From IMG/VR virus record IMGVR_UViG_3300011113_000415: a DNA stretch of 64,000 bases; one strand, 5' to 3'. Position 1 is the stretch's first letter. Every line of letters begins with the position of its first letter. The stretch comes from a virus (Duplodnaviria > Caudoviricetes). The translations under genes and the position numbers were made by a program. Below, in pieces: positions 18,936 to 28,100 of this stretch. Under the pieces are notes generated by a model, which did not search any database, was not told the origin of the DNA, and saw nothing but the letters and a program-made list of their open reading frames with translations.

Positions 18936-19861
18936 TACCAACCTTCTTGAGACCTAATAACATCAATCTCTCGGATCATGATTCCTCGATTGTGCCAATT
19001 TGATCTATAGTGATGCTTGAAGAATCTGCTGGCTTCGGCTGTGAGCATGTGCATGGGCAAGTCCAGTTGTGTAGCCAAGTCATCTGCCAGTCTGTTGGCT
19101 ATGATTTCTGGCTGATCGTTTTTAACTGTTTCAAAAAGTTCAGCAAGTGCCTCAAAGTTTTGTACCTGTAGGTAGTCCCAGTTTGTGAGCATGGTCATGT
19201 AAGTGCCCTGACGTGCGCCGGCAATTGACCAGTAGCCATAGTCCACATCCCCACCTACGTTGTGCCATATAGTCAAATGATCTAGATTGCGTTGGTGCAC
19301 ACGATCACGGAACTCTGCCACACTAGGTCTTGCTCCGCGATTCAAACACATCTTTACACCTTCACGGAAACCGGCACGCCAAGCGTGAAATGCTGACCCA
19401 TTGGGATAGGTAACTGAATAGCAGTCATGCATGGCCCAGTACATAGGGTCAAAACAAAATTCTATTTGTGTTTCTGTACGACCATCTGTGGCTTCGTGTG
19501 TGCGCATGTTGCGTACAAATTCACGTGTCCAGGAACTTAGGCCACCATTGCCGTACATGAGTCCGTTTACATGATTACGTGCTCTCCATCTAAACACAGC
19601 CTGCTCATAATCACCAGCAGGAAAATCCAATGTTTGATTAAAAAACGCCGGGTCGGGGAGATTGTCTCCATCAATGAGAATAAATCTTTCTGTATCACTT
19701 GCATCAGCGGCTGCCTTGTGTGCCGCGTCAGAGCCGAATACACCATCAATTCTTTGTGCCCATGGAACCATGTTTTTGATCTTGACCCAGAATTCTTCTT
19801 TTTGTGGTTCATCATATGATAGGTAAATGCAATCTAAATCTGCTATGTCAATCTTGCTCAT
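18935..19861 (-). CDS. GT-A-fold glycosyltransferase-like protein
   Basis: DCIYLSYDEP, DAAHKAAA, LIDGDN (DxD-like), WRARNHVNGLMYGNGG; resembles the C-terminus of 2192..4006. Confidence 0.55.
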   Translation of the reverse strand: MSKIDIADLDCIYLSYDEPQKEEFWVKIKNMVPWAQRIDGVFGSDAAHKAAADASDTERFILIDGDNLPDPAFFNQTLDFPAGDYEQAVFRWRARNHVNGLMYGNGGLSSWTREFVRNMRTHEATDGRTETQIEFCFDPMYWAMHDCYSVTYPNGSAFHAWRAGFREGVKMCLNRGARPSVAEFRDRVHQRNLDHLTIWHNVGGDVDYGYWSIAGARQGTYMTMLTNWDYLQVQNFEALAELFETVKNDQPEIIANRLADDLATQLDLPMHMLTAEASRFFKHHYRSNWHNRGIMIREIDVIRSQEGW

Positions 19862-20189
19862 ATTGTTTTAATTTCCATTGTTGATTGAATTTTTGCTTAC
19901 TCACAACAACAGCAACATCATCAGGGTGACAAGGTGTTCCTGTGCTACTGGGCACTAGTTTTGGTGGGAGTGGCCGCTTGCGTGGTGTTAACACCCCATT
20001 GACTACACGCACCTGCAGGTCTCTCAATGCAAACTGTTCTGGAGTAAGGTCAATGTACTTACCAGGTTGATCTTCGTGACTGTAAAACAATGGTAGTCCT
20101 GAATCATCATAGTAAAGTCTGTAGTAAACCTTTTTCTCTTCAGGCCATTGGAAATTTTTCCAAAAGTCTAGAAATTCTTGATCATTCAC
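19848..20189 (-). CDS. Hypothetical protein
   Basis: 113-aa ORF coupled to both neighbours. Confidence 0.7.
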   Translation of the reverse strand: MNDQEFLDFWKNFQWPEEKKVYYRLYYDDSGLPLFYSHEDQPGKYIDLTPEQFALRDLQVRVVNGVLTPRKRPLPPKLVPSSTGTPCHPDDVAVVVSKQKFNQQWKLKQYEQD

Positions 20190-20958
20190 TGCGCCAATCC
20201 TTTACGTGATAGTGTACCGCGCCCCATTGTGCAACTGTATTGAATCTAAGTGGGTTGTATTCCCAAACCAATTCTTGTGTCCAATTGTGTGACTGCGTGG
20301 GTATCATGTGGCGTTTCATATGCACGATTCGAGGATAACTGGCAAATGGCATAGTGACTTGTTCTGGTCCTACTATCTGTGCGGCCATAGCATACACTAG
20401 ATCTGTAGAAGGCACATCGTCTGGAAACTTTAACAAAGTGCGATATTCAGTCCAGTTTTCGAATATGTTGCGTACTAATTGAAAAAACTCTTGTGCTGTT
20501 TGACTCACTCGCCAGTAGGTGATAGCATTGTAAACATCGGGTAAATGGTTAGCGTCAAACACTTTTCTGTAATATCTACTCTCAGCCGGTTGATCATAAA
20601 AGTCTCTGGCGCCTGTGGATATCACAACATCTCTATGTTCCAGCATGGTCCACCAGTGATCAATTGCGCTGGCTATGACCATGTCTGCTTCCAACTTAAT
20701 GGTTTGTCTAAATGGGCTGGCGCGAAACACCTGCCAATCATTGGCATAAGGATTATCACTAAGTGGTTGTTCAAATGTTTTGTAATAATCTATCAAATGC
20801 GGCCAATTGGCATCTGTCCTATCAGTAAGCAAACACACCTTGGCCTCAGGATGATGCGTCTTGAGTGTTTTGATCAAGTTATAGGCACAGTCTATGTAAT
20901 TGATTTCGGCAGTATTTACTGCTGTAATCAAGTAACCACGTTCATCCACTATTGGCAA
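20182..20958 (-). CDS. Glycosyltransferase-like protein (GT8/nucleotide-diphospho-sugar transferase-like)
   Basis: GYLITAVN...YIDCA start; TIKLEADM (DxD-like); paralogous to the neighbouring gene. Confidence 0.55.
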   Translation of the reverse strand: MPIVDERGYLITAVNTAEINYIDCAYNLIKTLKTHHPEAKVCLLTDRTDANWPHLIDYYKTFEQPLSDNPYANDWQVFRASPFRQTIKLEADMVIASAIDHWWTMLEHRDVVISTGARDFYDQPAESRYYRKVFDANHLPDVYNAITYWRVSQTAQEFFQLVRNIFENWTEYRTLLKFPDDVPSTDLVYAMAAQIVGPEQVTMPFASYPRIVHMKRHMIPTQSHNWTQELVWEYNPLRFNTVAQWGAVHYHVKDWRSE

Positions 20959-21748
20959 CTATGTCTCCTAAATGCTTTTTGCCCATGGCATGGAAACTGG
21001 TACCAGCCCAGGCTATCTTTTTTAGACGTTTGTTATCCAAATATTCTATGGCAAAAAAGTCTTCATCCAATTGTGTAAGAGTGTGTTCAGGCATGACACT
21101 GGCCAGATCAAATGGTATGTTGTCTACTGTTAGTGTATGGCCGCTTATAATGCCCAGTGCAATACTGAGAGCGTAGTCGTTACGATAGGTAGAGCCTTGT
21201 ATGTGATAAAGATCTTTGTAGTGGCGCCAGTTTTCACGTATCATACTCATGCTGTCAAAAATGTATTGTGCGGTATTTGATCGGCGAAACATCATCACAG
21301 TAGCCCACCACATGGGCATGCGATTGTGTCCAAACCAGTTGAGACCTTCAAAATCATTCATGTTGGTCATGTCCCAGGCCAATCTGTGACACATAAAGTC
21401 TTGTGGACTGTTGAGCACTGTCGATAATTCGTTGCCGCACACCACATAGTCGGCATCTAGTACTAGAGTTTGATCCCAAGGAGTAAGTGAATATGCGTCA
21501 GTTCTACCTGCGTTATGCCAAGACACAGTCGCTTGATAATCCTCAAACCAACGTGTTCCTCCTGTGGCAGCATCTGCTGTAATGACTTGATCAAATCCGC
21601 TAACTCTTGGATCTCCTGGATCTGCGTCTGTGACGATGGCCACCGGAATGTTGAGGTGGCGACGAATTCTTCGAGCACTCCAGCCAGCCATAGCAACATA
21701 GTCGGTTTGTTCATTGTCAAACGCAAATATCAATGCGCCTGTGGTCAT
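20942..21748 (-). CDS. Glycosyltransferase-like protein (GT8-like)
   Basis: GALIFAFDN...DYVAMA; SLTPWDQTLVLDADY (DxD); YRND. Confidence 0.6.
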   Translation of the reverse strand: MTTGALIFAFDNEQTDYVAMAGWSARRIRRHLNIPVAIVTDADPGDPRVSGFDQVITADAATGGTRWFEDYQATVSWHNAGRTDAYSLTPWDQTLVLDADYVVCGNELSTVLNSPQDFMCHRLAWDMTNMNDFEGLNWFGHNRMPMWWATVMMFRRSNTAQYIFDSMSMIRENWRHYKDLYHIQGSTYRNDYALSIALGIISGHTLTVDNIPFDLASVMPEHTLTQLDEDFFAIEYLDNKRLKKIAWAGTSFHAMGKKHLGDIVANSG

Positions 21749-22053
21749 CGTTTTTGACTTTGCTCATTATATTCTACCAACCAAGCATTCATTTGCTCTT
21801 GCCAGTGTGCATGCGCCTGGGCAAATAACTCAGGTACATTCACACGCACAGGAGTTTCATACAAGTCTAATATCACCACATCCTTGTCTTGAGCACAACT
21901 CAACAACACACATTGTAGTTCGGGTCCTGCTCGCCACATGCCGCCGGCATGAGCAAACAACATTCGAGCCTCATATTTTTCTTTTAACACACGGCGTGCG
22001 GCCACGTGATCAAAACGTGCTCGTGCATGAGCAATCAAATTGTCAGTATTCAT
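21745..22053 (-). CDS. Hypothetical protein, first gene of the minus-strand tailoring operon
   Basis: 102-aa ORF downstream of a terminator/promoter. Confidence 0.7.
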   Translation of the reverse strand: MNTDNLIAHARARFDHVAARRVLKEKYEARMLFAHAGGMWRAGPELQCVLLSCAQDKDVVILDLYETPVRVNVPELFAQAHAHWQEQMNAWLVEYNEQSQKR

Positions 22054-22059
22054 TGAGAT

Positions 22060-22088
22060 AGTATAAAAGAAAAAAGGGCAAAAGTCTA
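22060..22088 (-). promoter_or_regulatory. Sigma70-like promoter TAGACT-N17-TATACT overlapping the terminator
   Basis: The -10 hexamer ends 6 nt before ATG 22053; no SD present. Confidence 0.5.
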
Positions 22089-22098
22089 CCTTTTGCCC
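22065..22098 (-). terminator. Rho-independent terminator ending the tail-module transcript
   Basis: Perfect 9-bp stem GGGCAAAAG/CTTTTGCCC (22076-22098), 5-nt loop, followed on the minus strand by TTTTTTCTTTT. Confidence 0.85.
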
Positions 22099-22114
22099 AG
22101 ATTGAGTTTGCCGA

Positions 22115-23116
22115 TTAGGCTACACTGGCAGCAATTGTAGGTGTTCCCCACGAACTGGTTAAGGTGGCCGAACTTGGTGGGAGATATGTGACCAAGGTGG
22201 TTGGTGCTGTGGCTACTCCAATCGAGGTGGCTGGACTAGTTACTGCTGTACCGCCTGAAATATTTGCAGTGGTGCCTGCGCCCGATGATCCATCACTGAC
22301 CCAGGTTGTGACCAAAGTCAATATTGTTGAGGTAGCATCAACTGCGGCTGTGGTCCGAATGTACTCACCCGAGTATGGTGCAGTGGCATTGGTCAACTGG
22401 AATATTGTAGTTGCCGCGGCACCAGCCACCAGTGTGTACCAACCTGTTGTGGTAGTCAACGTAGTTTGAGTGCCGCCTGTGCCGTTCAACCGTGTGGTTC
22501 CAGTGTAGGCTTGTCCTGCTATGGTCTGCGAATTGCTGTTGACTCGTCCAGAAAAATAAATTGATCCGCACTGTCCAGCAAAAGTATTCCAGTCTGGATC
22601 AGTGTCAGTGCCTGTAGAACTTTTGCCATATTGAAGGCGAACAATACCACCTGCATTCCAAAAATAACGTGCCTGAGCCGCACTTGGAAATGTCACAGTA
22701 TGTGTAAATGTAATAGTCCAAGCGGCTTGTCCTGAACCTGTAGCGGTGGTCTTGCTTGTGGTGCCTGTAAATGTTCCATATTCAGTGCCTGATGCTATTG
22801 CATTGCCACGATTGGTTGTTACACTAGTAATGTCAGCACTTACGTTGGCCAAAATACCAATCACATTTCCGGTTACAGGTGCTGTTCTTGATGTAAGAGT
22901 TGTGTTGGTTTGTGTGCCAGATGTGGCCAAATTGTTGACTAGTGTAGCCCATTGCGTGGCGGTTACGGTATTACCAGTGGTCTGTGCTACAAAAGCAGTT
23001 TGGCCCCAACCCTTATCACCCGATCCAGTGCCCCATATGTCATTCAAACCGCCTGCAGTAGTTGTAAAGGTATTGTAATCACTTGCTTGTATAATGTTAC
23101 CTGTTGAGTAAGTCAT
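22115..23116 (-). CDS. Thr/Gly-rich virion structural protein (tail fibre/baseplate associated)
   Basis: 333 aa, beta-rich low-charge composition, at the distal end of the tail module. Confidence 0.6.
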   Translation of the reverse strand: MTYSTGNIIQASDYNTFTTTAGGLNDIWGTGSGDKGWGQTAFVAQTTGNTVTATQWATLVNNLATSGTQTNTTLTSRTAPVTGNVIGILANVSADITSVTTNRGNAIASGTEYGTFTGTTSKTTATGSGQAAWTITFTHTVTFPSAAQARYFWNAGGIVRLQYGKSSTGTDTDPDWNTFAGQCGSIYFSGRVNSNSQTIAGQAYTGTTRLNGTGGTQTTLTTTTGWYTLVAGAAATTIFQLTNATAPYSGEYIRTTAAVDATSTILTLVTTWVSDGSSGAGTTANISGGTAVTSPATSIGVATAPTTLVTYLPPSSATLTSSWGTPTIAASVA

Positions 23117-23128
23117 TGCTGTTTCCTG

Positions 23129-24352
23129 TTATTTGATTGTGACTATGGCTTCTACTGTGCCAAGTCCTGCGTCTAATTTATCTGCCAACGCACGGCCAAT
23201 GACATTAAATGCAGTGGCTTCTTCGGGTTGGGCAGATCTAGCAATACCGTCGCCTGCCGAAATCAATCTGTCACCTTTGCGCACTATGCCTGTTACACGC
23301 ACAGGCACACGACCTGTCATGGCCACTGGAGGATGTGTGTCATTTTCGCCTGCACCACCATTCATGGTAAATGCTGGGCGTGTAGAAATCACACCAAATA
23401 CTGAGTCACTGGCATCTGATTTGACTCGAGTAATTTCAGCCAAGCCGCCCAGTTCAACCACGGTACCTGGCTCGTACACTTCATCTGCGGCAAAACGTTC
23501 TGCAACGTCAGCATACAAGGCTGTGGTTGCTGTGGCAAAAATTGTGTTGAAATAACTGCCTGATGATCCAATGTTACCAATGGCGTTTCCAGCACCGTTC
23601 ACAATGGCAGTGGCAGCACCACCTGTGTTTATTGTTACAGCACCAGTCACGCTTAATGTGCCACCAGTTACTAAGTTGCCGCCAGTTACAGTACCGGTCG
23701 CCGACACAGTTCCTGAGGCTGAGAGATTGGTTCCAACCACATTGCCATACACAGCATTGTTTGAAACACCTGTTGCAAGAGTCAAACCAGGACTTATATT
23801 TTGAACACCCCAACCTCCGCCAACACTACTACCGGGAGTAAAAGTTGAATCTTTGCTGATGATGCCAACTATGGTATTGGCGGCATAGAGTTCAATTACA
23901 CTGTGTGTTACTGCGGTATTGTCAGTGATGGTAGCAACAATAGCACCTGTGGTACCTGTGCCTGGTGTGTAAGCAGGTCCTACCACAATCCAAGCAGAAC
24001 CAGTCCAAACATTCAGTTGTTGGTTGACAGTATCGTACCACAAATCACCTGTTACATTGTTACTTGGAGCACTAGATGCCGAAGTAGCACCACCAAGAGT
24101 TTTGAATCCGGTGCCATTGTATACTTGCATTGTGCCAGTGGTTTTGTTGAACCAAAGTTGACCAGTAAGTGGTGCGCCGGGCGCTGTGGTATTGGCACCA
24201 CTTTCTAGCAATCGAATAAAGTTATCGTCTAGAAATTGTCCATAGCCGGCCCAGTTTTTGCCTACCAAAGTCATGCTGGACGCAGTGTTTACAGTTCCGT
24301 CCGCTATGGTAGCAAAAATTGCGCCATCAGTTAGTGTAATTGTATATGCCAT
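23129..24352 (-). CDS. Tail fibre/spike-like protein with C-terminal intramolecular-chaperone (Peptidase G2-like) domain
   Basis: YADVAERF...YEPGTVV...GVIS..PAFTMN...VAMTGRVPVRVTG.VRKGDRL...IGRAL. Confidence 0.65.
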   Translation of the reverse strand: MAYTITLTDGAIFATIADGTVNTASSMTLVGKNWAGYGQFLDDNFIRLLESGANTTAPGAPLTGQLWFNKTTGTMQVYNGTGFKTLGGATSASSAPSNNVTGDLWYDTVNQQLNVWTGSAWIVVGPAYTPGTGTTGAIVATITDNTAVTHSVIELYAANTIVGIISKDSTFTPGSSVGGGWGVQNISPGLTLATGVSNNAVYGNVVGTNLSASGTVSATGTVTGGNLVTGGTLSVTGAVTINTGGAATAIVNGAGNAIGNIGSSGSYFNTIFATATTALYADVAERFAADEVYEPGTVVELGGLAEITRVKSDASDSVFGVISTRPAFTMNGGAGENDTHPPVAMTGRVPVRVTGIVRKGDRLISAGDGIARSAQPEEATAFNVIGRALADKLDAGLGTVEAIVTIK

Positions 24353-24376
24353 TTGTTACTCCGAATACTCTATCTC

Positions 24377-24382
24377 TATTTA
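24377..24382 (-). promoter_or_regulatory. Late-type promoter (CA)TAAATA
   Basis: 24 nt upstream of ATG 24352; GGAG SD in the leader; overlaps the upstream stop codon. Confidence 0.55.
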
Positions 24383-24994
24383 TGCTACGCTCAAGTTGGT
24401 TAGAGTCTGTATACGCACAGTGTAATCAATTTGTATTTGGCGATTTAGACTCTTTTGCACAGGGTGAAAAATCACATGGGTCAGAAGTCGATCCGCTGTG
24501 GTTCCTGTCCATGCTTTCAACCCTAATTCATCAAACACATATTCACCATTAAAATTGGTAGAATTATCAAATGCTTGCTGTCCTGGAGGCTCTCCATAAT
24601 CCAGTAAACATGTGACCAAAATGTCAGTGTAAACCTTGCCAGACGTATGCAACACAGTCATTTTGTTGTTGGTAGGATCTGTATCGGCTGCTGAGTTGTC
24701 ATCAACAACTTTGGCATAGGTTTGATTGTAGAGATCTGCATTGATGCCAGTGGTATTTGGGGGCAAATATGTAATGATGCCAGTGGGATCTACACTGCTT
24801 CCACCATTGCCAAATGCCATTTCATAAATCCAGCCACCGCCCTGTGCGCTGGTTCTATTGCTGAGAGTTTCAGCCAGGCTAATGCTCATGTTTTCGTAAT
24901 GAATTGCATTCTTCTTGTCAACAAATACTTCTTTGGAATTTGGATCAAATATCTTTACAAATCCCTCGATTTTTACCATGCTAGGAGAAATCAT
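24380..24994 (-). CDS. Virion structural protein (possible tail-collar/fibre attachment protein)
   Basis: 204 aa; FDELGL...HPVQKSLNR; position within the tail module. Confidence 0.5.
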   Translation of the reverse strand: MISPSMVKIEGFVKIFDPNSKEVFVDKKNAIHYENMSISLAETLSNRTSAQGGGWIYEMAFGNGGSSVDPTGIITYLPPNTTGINADLYNQTYAKVVDDNSAADTDPTNNKMTVLHTSGKVYTDILVTCLLDYGEPPGQQAFDNSTNFNGEYVFDELGLKAWTGTTADRLLTHVIFHPVQKSLNRQIQIDYTVRIQTLTNLSVA

Positions 24995-25137
24995 GCTCTA
25001 GTCTCCACAAAAGTTTGTTTGGTTTTGGGATCAAAAATCTTCACAAATCCTGTAACCGAAACTGATCCCTGTTCATTAGGGCGTTTGGGCTGTGAGTCGG
25101 TTTTTTGTTTGACAGGTTGTTGATTATTTTGCATCAT
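24991..25137 (-). CDS. 48-aa ORF MMQNNQQPVKQKTDSQPKRPNEQGSVSVTGFVKIFDPKTKQTFVETRA (not in ORF track)
   Basis: Translated by hand; TAAATA 4 nt upstream; ATGA overlap with the next gene. Confidence 0.75.
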   Translation of the reverse strand: MMQNNQQPVKQKTDSQPKRPNEQGSVSVTGFVKIFDPKTKQTFVETRA

Positions 25138-25141
25138 GTTT

Positions 25142-25147
25142 TATTTA
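25142..25147 (-). promoter_or_regulatory. Late-type promoter (GG)TAAATA
   Basis: 4 nt before ATG 25137. Confidence 0.55.
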
Positions 25148-25156
25148 CCTTGTTCT

Positions 25157-28100
25157 TTAGCCTCTAAAAAACTCGGCGGCTTCAGTGTTGGTATATTCCA
25201 AACCTACACCATCGTAAGCAGTGGTCGAACCCGCACCGTACCAACTGAGTCCTTGACGTACTCGAATTGTGACCTGATAACCTGCTGTGGGTGCTGTGGT
25301 AAATTGTACTGTGACTGGGTTGTCTCCAGTGACTGAGTACCCACTGGTTTGCAGAAGTCCGCCTACATAAACCAAAACAGCCTGCTCGTCAAAAGTGGAA
25401 TCTTCTTGGCTTAGATCTACATCTGCTGTGAAGATAGTGGTAGTTCCGTCTGCCAAGGTGTTAGATCCCACGTAGTGATCTTGATATATCACTGGTGCCA
25501 AATTGTCTCTATTCAAGTTATAGACAAGTATTGGGGATATTGTACGGGCCCAGTACTCTGTATCAGAAATTGGTACTGCTTCGCTAGAAGGAACATTCTG
25601 GATGGCTGTATAAAAAACATCACTATCATTGACTATCTGACCTTTAGTATAAGAATTAGCAATATTCCATATTACCGGAATTAAATGATCAGTAGCGGCA
25701 GTACCAGCAGTACCTCTTAAGAGACTGCTTACTGTGTTTGTTATAAGATTGCGTTCACGATACATGATGCGCTCGCCATTGACTGTTAGCACCCCCCATA
25801 CATTATTGGCAAGATCAGGTTCCGCAAGTGCACCTGCATCGTTGACATATATTGTGTCCTGGTCAGGATACAATGTTTGAATCAATTCAGTGGTGGTTGC
25901 TGGTGTCATTCTATATGTGGCCTGAACGCCACGCATGTCTTGGAAAATACGCAATTCCAAACCAGTTATTGGATCACTTTCAAGCACCACGATGACAGAT
26001 CCATTGGCCGGCGCAGTATTGAAAGTTACTTCGGCCACTGTACTATCACTGCTGACTGTGTATTGATCTGGAGATATCACCACATTGTTCACTGCTACCT
26101 CAACGTCCAATGAAGCAGTGGGTGCATAGTAAGGCCCAGTTGTGGAGCCGTCCCCATAAGAAAGGTTGAATTGTCTAGAGTACACACGGAAGTCCAAGGT
26201 ATCAAAGACAGCACCAGGAACAAGTTCTTCTGGAGCATGACTTTCATATGGACCAACAAATTGGCCGCCATCAACATTGATATCTGTGGCTCTGGTTCCC
26301 AAGTAGGGATCTAAAAAACTGCTTTCGTAGATGGCATCAAGTATGGCCGGATCATATGTGGGACGCCCCTCAGGTCCATAACTGATGTTGTCAAAAGGAT
26401 TGATGTCAAAATTCCCCACATCAAATCCAGTGTTTTGTGAAAATGTGGGTGCCGAAACCTGCACCCCAGGATAGGCAATTCCATCAATCAACAACGGTAA
26501 ATCCAGTCCTGGTTCATTGGGTCCTGGCACATAGTAACCCATGGTGCGGTCAACGCCACTTAGAGCACTGGCTGGAATCAACAGCCAATTGTCAGGATCA
26601 AATTCAGCAGATTGCACAGGCGTACTGTCACCGCTGTTGGCTTGCCATACTCTGTTGTCATAGCGCACTTGAACGCCGTTGTCATAAGCCACGTTGGCTT
26701 GCCAAGTTTCAATTGTCGTGGTGTATTGATAACGATCGTACCGGATAGTGGTGTTGATGCTACGAACCAAATCGTTGCCCATGACAGCCACGATCCGTCC
26801 TCCTGTACCGTTACCACCCGAAACAGTTATGATGGCTGTTGAGGTATAACCTGACCCTGGGTCAGTTATAGTTACAGAACTGATCGCGCCTGCGCTGTTG
26901 ACAGTGGCTGTCATTGTGGCCTGAGACACACAGTCTCCTGTGACAGTAAGTTCAGGTGCAACTGTGTAGCCACTGCCGCCGTCGGCAATGACCACATCCT
27001 GAATGCTGAGAGTGTAGTTTTCAAACCAAAAACTGTAAGGTTGAGTTTGCCATAAAGCACTGTCAGGATCAACGTCACTGTAGGTACTGGGATGGCCTGT
27101 TCCTGTGGCTGTACTTAAAGTATAAGGAGTCAACACAGGACTCATGTACTGATTGGGCACTTGTGTGGTATTGTAAAATGCCGGCAAATCAAAATCGGCT
27201 AGGGTACCTTGATACACATCAAGACCGTTGTAGATCAAATTGAATTCACGTATTTGCACATGATAGGGTTTGACTTCTTGAATATAGTTCAACACAAAGT
27301 CTTGATTGTCTCTTTGATATGTTTGATAAGGAATCAACTGACGAATTTTGTGGTCAACGTCAATCAAACTGGTCTTGGTCAGCCACTCAGGTGCTTCAAA
27401 TTCGCTCAGCACAAAGTTGAACATAAGGATCAATGCACGGTTGCGTTCGATCAGTAGATCTCCAATCAACAACTGCTCGTTGATTGCCTGTATAATCTTC
27501 CTGGTTTCTGTCACAGGCTCTTGATCAAAGTGCTGTGCATCAAAAACCTCAACATCAAATCCATAACGACCCAAAGCATAATCCCACAGTTGTGCTAGGA
27601 ACTGTATGGTTCCGTCCTGTAAACCCACTCGATCCCATCCTGTGTTGGTTCTCAAGTATATTTCAAATTTGCCTTGACTGTTGGCAGTAACTTTGACACT
27701 ACTGCCCACAGGAGCCGCTGTCAAACTTAGAGTGTTGAGAGTGGTCACATTGGACACTTCAGCAATGATCTTGACACTTGAATTGTAGCCCGGCAAATAC
27801 CATGTGACATATTCCCAATAGTTCCTAGTGTCATAATTTTGCACACGACTCAAGAACAGAGTAGCAAAAGTCTTGGGAGTGGTTATTGTGTAAATGGTCC
27901 ACAAACCGTTTTGAGTGCTGTCGCTGACCACCAGATACTTGTAGCCTACTGGTACTTGAGCCAGGTCTTGATAACTGAGTTCTTCGATGTTGGCCACACG
28001 CTTGTTCCAGGCTCCAGTGCCTGCTTGAGGTTCTGGTTCACTGCTGTTCAACAAATTAAAACTGCGAATTTCTGATATAGGATACTGTAGCAACACTGCA

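Noticed and set aside
210-21748. Bacterial LPS/antibiotic cluster contamination or giant-virus (NCLDV) origin
   Set aside because: The cluster is contiguous with T4-type structural genes, shares their compact overlap style, and lacks transporters, regulators and NCLDV markers
22164-23841. Multiple 70-140-aa plus-strand ORFs opposite the fibre genes
   Set aside because: Antisense shadows of Thr/Gly/Ala-rich coding sequence, with no start signals or motifs
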